This document shows positions 10,488 to 21,808 of a stretch of DNA of 25,447 nt, piece after piece. The stretch spans positions 1 through 25,447 of the forward strand of contig NW_021834768.1 of the NCBI RefSeq assembly GCF_006345805.1, given 5' to 3'. This stretch comes from Octopus sinensis. Its lineage: Eukaryota. Numbering within the stretch: position 1 is the stretch's first letter; every line of letters begins with the position of its first letter. The notes under the pieces were generated by a model, which was not told where the DNA came from, ran no database searches, and worked only from the letters and a program-made list of their open reading frames with translations. The position numbers and the translations under genes were made by a program.

Positions 10488-11022
10488 TCTCTCTCTCTCT
10501 CTCACTCTCTCTCTCACTTTCTCACTCACACTTTCTCTTTCAATCTCTCTCTCACTCTCTCACTCTCACTCGCTTTCACTCGCTCTCTTTCTCTCTCTCT
10601 CACTCTCACTCTCTCTCTCTCTCACTCGCTCTCTTTCACTCTCTTTCTCTCTCTCACTCTCACTCTCTCTCACCCACACTCTATCTTTCACTCTCTCTCT
10701 CACTCTCTTTCCCTCTCACTCTCTCCCTCTCACTCTCTCTCTCTCTCACTCAATCTCGATCTCTCTCTCACTCGTTCTCTTTCACTCTCTCTCTCTCACT
10801 CTCACTCTCTCTCACCCACACTCATTCTCTCACTCTCTCTCTCACTCTCTCTCTCTCACTCTCTTTCCCTCTCACTTTCTCACTCTCACTCAATCTCGCT
10901 CTCTCTCTCACTCGCTCTCTTTCACTCTCTCTCTCTCTCACTCTCACTCTCACTCTCTCTCACCGACTCTCCATCTTTCACTCTCTCTCTCTCACTGACT
11001 CACTCACTCTCTCTCTCTCTCT
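10488..11022. repeat. (CT/CACT)n pyrimidine-rich tract
   Basis: Directly visible. Confidence 0.95.
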
Positions 11023-11044
11023 GTTTATGCACATATATATATAT

Positions 11045-11295
11045 TCTTTTATTCTCTTGTTTCAGTCATTTGACTGCGGCCATGCTGGAGCACCACCTTT
11101 GAGTAAAAAAAAAACCGACCCCAGTAATTATTCTTTGTAAGCCAAGCACTTATTCTATAGGTTTTTATTGCCGAACCACTAGGCTGCGGGGACGTAAACA
11201 CACCAACATCGGTTGTGAAGTGATGGTGGGGTGACAAACGCTGACACACATATACGTATATACGCCAGGCTTCTTTCAGTTTCCGCTTACCAAAT
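11045..11295 (-). mobile_element. SINE-A 3' two-thirds
   Basis: ttcagtcatttgactgcggccatgctggagcacc...ggcttctttcagtttccgcttaccaaat. Confidence 0.85.
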
Positions 11296-11414
11296 ATATG
11301 TGTGCTTATATATATAGTTATTATATATATAATATTATAATATATATGAGTGTGTGTGTGTGTGTATGAATATAAATATAAATATATTATACACACATAC
11401 ATACATACACACAC

Positions 11415-11456
<42 letters not shown>

Positions 11457-11744
11457 TGTGTGTCTGTGTGTAAAAGATAAAATCCTGTTAAGACGAAAAA
11501 ATTTGCCGGCAACCATGAAATCAACATAATTGCTGGACTTGTGCCAAAATTTGTGCATATATATTTATTATATATGTGAGCGTGCGTATATTTGTGTGTA
11601 TGTGTATGTGCGTGTGTGTGTGTGTGTGTTGTGTGTGTGTGTGCGTGTGTATATGTGACCGGGTGTGTGAATGTGTCGAAAGCAATTAACAATAGAAAAG
11701 AAAAAAAACTAGAAACATTTTTCTTCCTCCAAGAATCATAGTTG

Positions 11745-12205
11745 CAGCAGCAGTAGTAGTAGTAGTAATATCGATGGTAATGGTGGCGGTGCAGCTGCTG
11801 TTTTTGATAATGGCGGCGGCGGCGGCGGGCGGCTGTGGTGGTGGTGGTGGTGGTGGTGACGATAGTGGTGGTGGTGGTGGTGATGGTGGTAGTAATGGTG
11901 GTAGTGGTGGCTATGATTATAGAACAACTGCTGTTTTCTATGTTGATACTAGTGGTCGTGGTGGTGGATGTGGTGGTCATGGTGGTGGTGACGATAGTGG
12001 TGGTGGTGGTGGTTGTGGTGGTGGTGGTGATGGTGGTGGTAGTGGTGGTGGTGGTTGTGGTGCTGACGACAACAGCCACCGATGGTGATCGGCGGCTGTT
12101 GTAGTTGTTGTTGTTGTTGGTGGTGGTGGTGGAGAATGTGGTGGTAGTGGTGGTGGTGGTGGTGGTGGTAGTGGTGTTGGTGGTGGTGATGATGCTGCTG
12201 CTAAC
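11745..12205. repeat. (GGT/GTT/GGC)n trinucleotide tract
   Basis: Directly visible. Confidence 0.92.
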
Positions 12206-13020
12206 AACAACGGCACCGCTGGTGATATAATGTTGTTCGTATTTGTACCAGAGCTGTGGTTGCTGTTAATGAGGTTGACGGCTGTGGTTGGTTGTAGAGA
12301 AAAAGTAGTATAAACGGTAGGCTGGTGGTGGTGGTTTGGTAACGGTTGAAGATGTGGTTTCGGCGGTAGTATATGAGTTTTGAACGCCCAATACTTTTGA
12401 AGGAGAGAATAAATTGAATTACATAAACGGAACTCGTCACGAAACGTAAACGGTGACATGTAGCACGTGACTGTTTCACACCCCGACATACATAAACTCG
12501 TGTACAAACACACACACACGTACAAATATACACGCACATACATCTGTACACACCATACACACACATACACACATACAGGCACACGCATCCACACACACAA
12601 ACTCGCACACACACATTCTGACACATACACATATGCATACACTAACACACTCACACAAAAAGTAAACAAGAGAGAGAGAGACAGGCAAAAACAAGGAAAG
12701 TGCCCCTTGTATTTGAACATTATGCAAATATTCTTTTAAAAAAACTTTCCTGTTAATTTTTCCAAAATTTAATTCTTTTCCATATTTACAGTTGAAAAAG
12801 TCTCAATGACCGAAACCTGTACTGAAATGGTTTTTATAAAATTATTTTAGCATTTTCAACCTTGACTTTTTTCCCCATATATATAATCAGCCGGAATTGC
12901 GAGGATGATCCGGTTCTTGACTGAGGATTAGAGGCTTCGAATGACCCGTCCATTTTTTTGTGTCATCTCTTTGAGTGTTTTGCGTTCTTGTCCCATTTTG
13001 TATTTTTATATATATTTTTT

Positions 13021-13052
<32 letters not shown>

Positions 13053-13105
13053 CAACTCATGTGTTCCTTTTCAACTTTCTACACAGACACACACACACAT
13101 ATATA

Positions 13106-13348
13106 TTCTTTTTTCTTTTATTTGTTTCAGTCATTTGACTGCGGCCATGCTGGAGCACCGCCTTTAGTGGAGCAAATCGACCGCAGGACTTATTCTTTGT
13201 TAGCCTAGTACTGATTCTATCGGTCTCACTTTAGCCGAACGCTATGTTACGGTGACGTAAACACACCACCATCAGTTATCAGCGATGTTGGAGGGACAAA
13301 AGCAGACACACAAACACACACACACCCACCCCACACACACACACACAC

Positions 13349-13400
<52 letters not shown>

Positions 13401-13439
13401 TATATATATATATATATATACGACGGGCTTCTTTCAGTT
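13106..13439 (-). mobile_element. SINE-A 3' part, interrupted at cttctttcagtt by the ORF1 element
   Basis: Matches the SINE-A tail and internal repeat; homology stops abruptly at 13439. Confidence 0.85.
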
Positions 13440-15250
13440 GATCATTTTTTTCCATCAAAAACGACAATTATTGGACTTAATAGTCCATTACAATATATAT
13501 AATAAATTATTCAATACACAGCCAATCTATAAGATCAGTCCTCCTCATCGGAGCCCCCAAGCAAATGACACGCCGCCTGCAGTAAAGCCTGCATCGGTAG
13601 GTCGGGCCCCGGAAAAAGGAAAGCAAAATCTTCCTTATTACAGGTCACCATGACCTCGAACAGCTCCTTCTGACTCACGACGTCCGCAGCCAGCTGTGGA
13701 GGTCAGTCTGGACAGTCTATACAAACCGAGTCCAATCGTTCTCGGCCTGGAAGACCGTCCAAGCACTTCTCGACAGGCCCTTCCCTGAGATAGAAAACGA
13801 CGGGTTTCGCGTCCTCCTTACGGGGATGGGCCTCAGCACACTCTGTCAGTGGTACAATTCCCACTGACAGAGCCTCTCGCTCCCGTGGCACACCTTCCAT
13901 CGGAGGGGCATCGGATTCAGTCGGCGGCACAGCGTTATCCGCCGACCGTCTCCCGTTTCTCTTCCTTTTCTTTCTCCTTCTTACGGGTGCAGGAGTCGGA
14001 GCCTCCACCAGCACACCCAGGGGAGGGTCTTCTCCCGCAACCTGCGTGTCGTTGGTGAGCAACCATTGTTACTCACCTTTCTTTTTCTTCTGGCCGATGC
14101 CTCAACGACTTCCGCCGTTTCTCCCTGCAATGGGAGAGCGGAGGACACCTTCCGGGACCTTCCACGGGACCTTCCCTGCTCCGGGACCTTCCACGGCCCC
14201 GGGGGCAGTCCTTCATAATGTGGCCTGACTCCAGGCACGAGTGACACATGGAGGGGGGCGACCCTCAAGTATCACTGGATACCTTGAGCCATCCATTTTT
14301 AAAAAGTCAGGGAAAGTCATTTCATCCGCGGGAACTGGGGTCCATAGGGTCAAAGTTGCCTTTGCACCCTCCAAGTCGACCGCATGCTTTATCTCTGTAT
14401 TTAAAAGCCTGGGCCCGCTATCCCCCAGGCCCCGTCGGATGGCATCTGCAATCCACCCCGCTTCGGTGCCCGGGGGAAGACCACATACCCAGGCCATTAT
14501 CACCTTCTTCCCACGAAATGTGGGAAGAAACAAAATCTCTCTCCCCTTCCAGCAGCTGGCCTGCCACAGTGCAAGCCTCCTCAGGAGTCTCAGGAGTCTC
14601 AAATACGCCACACCGTGGCGTATTTGACACCCCTGGTCACATAATAATTTTTAGCAGGCAAAGATTTTGCCAGCTCTTTATTAATAATACCCTTGTCGAA
14701 GAGGGCGATGGCGTCACGCGACCTAGAATAGGTCCGTAGTACCACCGTCCTTCTCTCAAGGCTTTCAATCCATTGCTTAGGTGGGACCACCTCCCATTCT
14801 AAGGCACTTTTTGCATTTGCCATGTTTAAAAGTCAATTCAAAAGAAGAAGGAAAGTCCAAATGAATTAACAAGTCCAAAAAGAAATAAAGAAATCAGTTC
14901 CAAAAATATGAATAAAATTCAAATTCAAAAGAAACGCAAAAACAGCTCCAAAAAGAAAGTAAAAAAACAGAAGGATAGAGGAAAGAAAAACAGTTCACAC
15001 AGCAAACATCAATGGCCAACAGGTACTCCTGGCCAACTTCGTAGGTTCAATGGTAATCCAACAAGTTCCAATGGCAAAGTCTAGTAAGTTAGGGAGAGGA
15101 TATGCCCCCTTTTTTCCCAACACAACAAAACAACAAACAGCAGCCACCGGCAGCGGGCAGAATTGCCTCGGAGTTGGGTGATATTTATTAACAAACAACC
15201 AATTACTATTTGACAAATTACACCCAGCTCAAACGAAAACAAAACCACCT
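13440..15250 (-). mobile_element. ORF1-only non-LTR retroelement (5' UTR ~14824-15250, ORF1, ~95-nt 3' UTR ending in A8)
   Basis: Pyrimidine-rich leader, ORF1 remnant, then ..gatggAAAAAAAAtgatc abutting SINE-A. No APE or RT sequence follows. Confidence 0.55.
13535..14823 (-). pseudogene. Decayed gag-like ORF1 of a non-LTR retroelement (L1/Tx1-type architecture) with a CX2CX4HX4C zinc knuckle
   Basis: A GC-rich island whose track ORFs chain through frameshifts: MANAKSALEW..RGVKYATV / GVFETPEEA.. / ILFLPTFRGKK..YPVILEGRPP / MCHSCLESGHIMKDCP (knuckle at 14246-14205, in a frame not listed in the track) / basic RRRKKRKR segment / in-frame TGA at 13703-05 / PPQLAADVV..GGSDEED* (stop 13535-37). The start context is aaacATGG. 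Confidence 0.7.
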
Positions 15251-15485
15251 ACCTATTTCTTTACTACCCACAAGGGGCTAAACACAGAGGGGACAAGCAA
15301 GGACAGACAAACGGATTAAGTCGATTACATCGACCCCAGTGCGTAACTGGTACTTAATTTATCGACCCCGAAAGGATGAAAGGCAAAGTCGACCTCGGCG
15401 GAATTTGAACTCAGAACGTAACGGCAGCCGAAATACGGCAAAGCATTTCGCCCGACGTGCTAACGATTCTGCCAGCTCGCCACCT
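15251..15485 (-). mobile_element. Full-length SINE family B
   Basis: Reverse complement of 7198-7434; its tail abuts the ORF1 element leader. Confidence 0.85.
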
Positions 15486-15942
15486 ACCTTTTTTCTTTCA
15501 GTTCAATATTGGACGGAGCCAACACACTCACGTCCACTTCGGCTCGCTGTAATAAGCAATACCAACGCGCATGTGCAGGAAGCTAGCTACTTACCACACA
15601 CCCAATCCTTATATTTGCGTGTGTGTGTATATGTTTGCGCGCGCTTTTGCACACAGTGTGAGTCGATTGTTGTTATGATGTCCAAACTACAATGGATAAG
15701 GCAAACCTCCTGGATTAGCTTCAAATGAGACGATGGGGTCATGGCTAGAAGAATATCGAGCTAACTCTGATAACCAGTTGAGCCAGCAAACGGGGCCTCA
15801 TTTCAGTGAGGGGTTGGGGCGGGGAGGGATACGCAATGATGCTGTCGAGTGGTATATATATATATATATATATATAGATATTATACATATATATATATAT
15901 ATGTACATATATATATATATATGTACATCATATATTATATAT

Positions 15943-16040
15943 AATAATAGTTATCGCCATACTAATATGGCATTCTAAAAAATAAAAAAAGCTGTCCGCT
16001 TTTATAAGAATGCCATATTAGTATGGCGATAACTATTATT
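15943..16040. repeat. 98-bp hairpin with perfect 34-bp arms
   Basis: aataatagttatcgccatactaatatggcattct (15943-76) / agaatgccatattagtatggcgataactattatt (16007-40); the 30-nt spacer contains aaaagc-tgtcc-gctttt. Confidence 0.9.
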
Positions 16041-16096
16041 TTCCGGGAACGCTGCCGCTGTTCTCTTTTAGAGAGACTTAGTTATTTTAATATTTC

Positions 16097-16135
<39 letters not shown>

Positions 16136-16333
16136 CAAATGTATTATTTTATTACGGATAATTCGAAGGATAACCGATACCTGGGTAGCAAACTCACAAC
16201 AGAAAAATCACGGTTGAAGTTACGAACATAGGGCATAAACTCCGTGCCTTAGTGCGGAATTTGAAGTTTAATTTAATATATTAAGTATAGGAAGAATGGA
16301 GCTGAACGTAAGATTAACAAAATTCCTTATTTT

Positions 16334-16418
16334 ATTTTCGACATATTTTTCGAAGTCTGCAAAATCCCTAATTCCGAATGAATAAGGAGTCCATTATGCA
16401 GCTTTCTCTTCAGAAAAT
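16334..16418 (-). ncRNA. Degenerate type I hammerhead motif (PLE-type relic)
   Basis: Minus strand: ATTTT-CTGAAGA-long stem II (GAAAGCTGCA../..TGCAGACTTC)-GAAA-A-ATAT-GTC-GAAAAT. One substitution away from a palindromic stem III ACATATGT. Confidence 0.45.
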
Positions 16419-16617
16419 CCAGGAACTAATTCTCCAACAAAATGCACAACAAGATTTTCGATGACCGCTCACGAGGAGCCCATAGAGATAATGATAAATC
16501 AATGTCTATTTTAGGGGGTGACGCCAGATTGGTTGAAAGTAGGAGAAAATACATACATATATGTATATATATATGCATATTAAATACATATATATATATA
16601 TATATACATATATATAC

Positions 16618-16677
<60 letters not shown>

Positions 16678-16679
<2 letters not shown>

Positions 16680-16812
16680 CTCTATCGGGCCTGAAAGGAT
16701 GAAAGACAATGTTGATCTCAGCGAAATTTGAACTCAGAACGTAAAGACGGATGGATAGATGCCGCTAAGCATTTTCTACGGCCTACAGACGATTCTACAG
16801 GCTCGCTGCCTT
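16678..16812 (-). mobile_element. Diverged SINE-B 5' part
   Basis: gaaaggatgaaagacaatgttgatctcagcgaaatttgaactcagaacgtaa..gctaagcattt resembles 15360-15480. Confidence 0.75.
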
Positions 16813-16819
16813 ACAACAA

Positions 16820-17446
16820 ATGTTGATGATGATAATAATATTAATAATAATATTAATAATAATAATAATAAACCGCATATATATACATATATATATAGGT
16901 ATTTGTATGTATTGTGTGTATATATATATGTAGATATATATGTATATATAATATGTATTGTTATATATATATATATATATATATGTATATTTATATATAT
17001 AATCTATTTATATATATATATTTTATATGTACATCTATATATATATATTTATATATGTAATATATATATATATTTATATATGTAATATTATATAGTTTAT
17101 ATATTATTATTATATTTCATGTGTATATATATATATTTATGTGTATATATCTATATATATTTATATGTGTATATATTATATTCAATGTGTATGTATATAT
17201 ATATTTATATATGTATATATATATAATATCTATATATGTGTATATATATATATTTATATATGTGTACATATATACTATATTTTGTATGTTATCTATATAT
17301 TTGTACGTATATATATATATATTCATATATTTGTATGTAATAGTATATTTATATATTTTTTATATTTTATATTTTTATATTGTCTATATATGTATTTAAT
17401 ATGTGTATATATATATTTATATATGTGTTGTATATCTATTTTATTT

Positions 17447-17488
<42 letters not shown>

Positions 17489-17567
17489 GTATATATATTA
17501 TCTATGTGTATAATTTATATTTATATACGTGTAAATATATATATTTAATAATGTATATGTTATATTA

Positions 17568-17606
<39 letters not shown>

Positions 17607-17625
17607 TATATATATCTATATATAC
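16820..17625. repeat. AT-rich (TA)n-derived low-complexity tract
   Basis: Directly visible. Confidence 0.95.
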
Positions 17626-17714
17626 CCACCCATTTATATATCATCTAATACGATTTCAGTATGATTTTGAAAGTTCTGTATGGGATCATTACATCGAATG
17701 TCTGCTGGTTATGG

Positions 17715-17900
17715 CTTAACATTGCTGTAGGTATTTCGAGGGATAGTTTCCTTGTATACAATGACATTAATATCGGGTGACTTAACTCTGCTGTAGGTAT
17801 TTTGTGGGATAGTTCCTTCCTATATAGTAACTATAACACTATGTTACTTGGTACCAGTGAACATTGAAGTAAGTGTATTGTGGGATAGCAAGTCTTATAC
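17715..17900. repeat. Degenerate 66-76-bp tandem repeat (about 3 units)
   Basis: gctgtaggtattt..gggatag at 17724 and 17790 (period 66); a third gtgggatag at ~17880. Confidence 0.6.
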
Positions 17901-18011
17901 TGTGACTGAAACATCAGGATCGCGGTTTCATATAGAACGTTGTTTTGATGTGAATTGGTGGAGCGCTGGGCAAATTGCCTTGTGATATTTTGCTCCTGAT
18001 ATTTCAAGTTC

Positions 18012-18230
18012 TATTGTTACAATTATGTTGACTGCGGCCGAAGCCGGGGCACCGACCTGGAGGGTTCTTTTACCGAACTAATCGATCCCAGGAATAATTT
18101 TTTTTAAGCTTTGTACTTATTTTGTACTGTTTTGCCGAACCATTAAGTTACGGGGGATGTAAACACACCAACACCAGTTGTCAAGCGATGGTGGGCGACG
18201 AACACAGACACAAGGACACAAGGACACACA

Positions 18231-18261
<31 letters not shown>

Positions 18262-18441
18262 TACATACACACATACACGACGGGCTTCTTTCGTTTTCCG
18301 TCTACCAAATCCACTCTCAAGGCTTTGGTCGGCCCGAGGCTGTAGTAGAAGACACTTGCCCAAGTTGCCACGCAGCGAGACTGAACCCGGAACCATGTGG
18401 TTGGGAAGCAAGCAACTTACCACATAGCCATGTCTGGGCCT
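18012..18441 (-). mobile_element. Full-length SINE-A, diverged tail variant
   Basis: Body and head match 6140-6550; the tail reads gactgcggccgaagccggggcacc. Confidence 0.85.
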
Positions 18442-18639
18442 ATAGTTCAAAATATTTTATCTTTTAGTTTTCTTTGGGATAAAGAACAAATAAATCCTAA
18501 GTATCGGTCGAGGTCCTTGGTAGAATGATAAACGAGATCTTTTGCGGATTTTGTTCCAGCTCTTCACGTTCTGAGTTCGAATCCTGCCGAGTTCAATTTT
18601 TTTTCTTTAATTCATTCTTGAAATTCTATGCACTGCCCT

Positions 18640-18905
18640 TTCCCCCAACCTACCTCACCCTTAAAGTAAAAAATTGTAAAAAATAGGGATTTTCATATAA
18701 AAAAAGCACCTTTTTGATGTAAATAATTTTTGGTGTTAACATGGTCCGATTTGAATTTTATCTTCTACGGAATAAAGAGCAAGCTTTCTTCTATCATACT
18801 GTCAATTTTGGTTAACTTGCGCCGCAGGGTCTCGGAGTTGAAGTGTTAGTTGAAGGCTACCAAACCTGCCATACACAGACAACTTCAGCTTTATATATAG
18901 AGAGA
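18640..18905. mobile_element. Possible non-autonomous Helitron/Helentron-like repeat fragment
   Basis: Ends ..acacagacaacttcagctttatatatagag, a terminus style I associate with Helentron-associated elements. Single copy here; no structural proof. Confidence 0.25.
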
Positions 18906-20042
18906 GTGTTATACATCTTACACATTTTCAATATTTTTCAACCAGCAGAGTAACATAGGACATATGAAAGGAAAGTTTTAAAGTTTTATATTACGTACGG
19001 CGTATGAAACAGGAGCTAACCATAAAGCTGAAAATAAGCAGGGATGTATAGGACAGACAAATGGTTAAAACATTTTGCACCTGTCCAGCACATCAATTCA
19101 TCTATGCTTTACCACGTCCGACGTCTTTGGAAGATTTTGGCAGAGTGCTAAGTAACAACAGGCTGTTAGGCCTTCGGCCTAGCTTCATTTCTTAGAAGCA
19201 AGAAGCATAGATGAATTGTTTGTCTTAATACCTAACGGCATTTGTAATTTAATAAACGGTCCAAGAAAATGGCAGGCAAAGTTGACGCTGCAGGAGTTGA
19301 ACTCATAGGTCGAAGAAAAAGTGCAAAGAATGTCCTGTGTTTTAGAACATCTGTAAATCGACTTTTTAAATAACTTACAGCAATTTGGTGTATAAATACG
19401 TACAGCCATAAAATTAAGTTCAGTGCAATTCAGTGGGCGGTACTAACATATTTAATGATATGACCCCAAAATGCTAAACATTATTTGAAATTATACCCCA
19501 CACTTGTGGGAATAATTATAATGTTAATTATAAATTTTGGTCATCAAAAGAAGAGGAGGTTTTCTCGTATTTAAATAAGCTACAAAGAGAATAGCAGTAC
19601 GTAAATGAACGAGTTCTATTAGAGATCGGATAATTCCAGACACGTTTCGGTTTTATTACAACTTGTCAGTCAAATATAGTTAAGACAATACTCTCACTTG
19701 TTTGAAGGGATATAATGGTTAATTTTGCATCTGTATCGATCTAGCTGTCATCAACTCACCAATATCTTCATGAAGTGTACGATGCGAATACGATTCGATC
19801 AACCACAACAACTCCACCGTTAATCATACACGCGTGTACATATGTGTGTGTGTTTGTGTGTGTAAGTGTGTGTGTGTTTGTGTGTGTGCAAGTGTGTGTG
19901 AATGTGTGCCTGTGTATGTATTTATATTTCACCCCTGTCAGTCTCTTGCAACTAAGAGATACGCTTGTAAGTACATGGGGGTCTTCATGTATGTATATAT
20001 GTAGTGCATGTATGTATATATACATGCATATATGAATGTATA

Positions 20043-20102
<60 letters not shown>

Positions 20103-20104
<2 letters not shown>

Positions 20105-20463
20105 GCTTGCTTCCCAACCACATGGTTCCGGGTTTAGTCCCCTGTGTGGCACCTTGAGCAAGTGTCTTCTTCTTTTGGCCGACCAAAACCGTGTGAATGG
20201 ATTTGGTAAACGGAAACTTAATGAAGCCCGTCGTATATGTGTGAGTGTGTGTGTGTGCTTGCATGTTTGTGTGTCTGTGCTTGTCCCTTCACCATCGATT
20301 GACAACCGATGCTTGTATGTTTACGTCTAGCGGTTCTGCAAAAGAGGCCGATAAAATAAATGCTAGGCTTACAAAGAATAAGTCATGGGGTCGATTTGGT
20401 CGACTGAAGGAAGTGCTCCAGCATGGCCGCAACAAATGACTGAAACAAATAAAATAATAAAAG
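20103..20463 (+). mobile_element. SINE-A, slightly 5'-truncated
   Basis: tagcttgcttcccaaccacatggttccggg...gtgctccagcatggccgcaacaaatgactgaaac. Confidence 0.88.
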
Positions 20464-20485
20464 AATATATATATATATATAAGAA

Positions 20486-20712
20486 TTCTTTTATTCTTTT
20501 ACTTGTTTCAATTATTTTACTGTGGCCGAGCTGGAGCACCGCCTTAGACGGTTTTTAGTGGAAGAAATCGACACAAAGACTTATTCTTTGTAAGCCTAGT
20601 ACTTATTCTATCGCCCCTTTTCGCCGAACTGCTAAGTTACGAGGACGTAAACACACCAACATCGGTTGTCAAGCGATGGTGGGGGGCAAACAAAGACTCA
20701 CACACACTCAAA
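20486..20712 (-). mobile_element. SINE-A 3' half, inverted tail-to-tail with the previous copy
   Basis: ttacttgtttcaattattttactgtggccgagctggagcaccgcc...catcggttgtcaagcgatggtgggggg. Confidence 0.85.
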
Positions 20713-20976
20713 CATATATGGATATATGCATGTATAAGTGTATATAGACATATAAACATACAAGTCTATGTGTATCTAGGTAGGCATTTATGTATGTGTG
20801 AGCTGGGAATAACATTAAATGCGTAAGTTTAACATAGATTTAACTTTGTCAACCAGACACTGAGCAGTCAAAGTACGTGGTTCCTTCCGTGACTCACTCT
20901 ATCTTCCTCTCTCTCACTCACTCACTCTATCTCTCTTTCTCTCACTCACTCACTCACTCATTCACACACACACACA

Positions 20977-21009
<33 letters not shown>

Positions 21010-21339
21010 GTCTTTCCCTCTCTCTCACTCTTTCTCTAGCTCTTTCTACATAAAATAGCTGAGCTTCTGTAGTTTTGCCTGGTTATTGCCGGCTCATCAA
21101 TCTTTGTGCGTTCTACAAAAAGAAAGAGAAAGATATACCCGGGGAAAAGAAATGACCGAGAGAGCGAGAGAGAGAGGGGGAGGAGGAGAGAGAGAAAGAG
21201 AGAGGGAGAGAGATTATGTTATAACTACTTATGAAATGTCACGTGTAACAATCACCCATTTTACGGTGTGTATAAATTTGACTGACACAGTATATATGCG
21301 TGCAGATAAGATGTAAATATATATTTGCATGCGTAAAAT

Positions 21340-21343
21340 TAAA

Positions 21344-21387
<44 letters not shown>

Positions 21388-21512
21388 CAGTTTGTACAGC
21401 AAAGCGAAATGTGTGTACAACTATAAAGTTTGTAGACGGATTCACATGTTATGCACACACTTATACGCACACGGTATATGGACAAAATAGCATATACACA
21501 TACATCTATATG

Positions 21513-21591
<79 letters not shown>

Positions 21592-21777
21592 CATATATAT
21601 ATATATACATATATGTTGTGTATACATATTTATACATTTATATTTGTATATATATATAGATTTATGTGTGTGTGTGTGTATATCTATATATATATATATA
21701 CGCATTATATACACATACACATGTATCTACATTACCACACACATACATATACATACATACATATATACATATATATA

Positions 21778-21808
<31 letters not shown>

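Noticed and set aside
9696-12720. Poly-Asp/Gly/Thr/His/Ser-Leu ORFs
   Set aside because: They derive from trinucleotide and CT tracts open in several frames, with no non-repetitive domain or supported splice structure.
19636-19673. HHR-like motif on minus (CTGACAA-GTT..AAC-C-GAAAC-GT-GTC)
   Set aside because: The G8 substitution is uncompensated and stem I does not pair; counted only as a possible relic.
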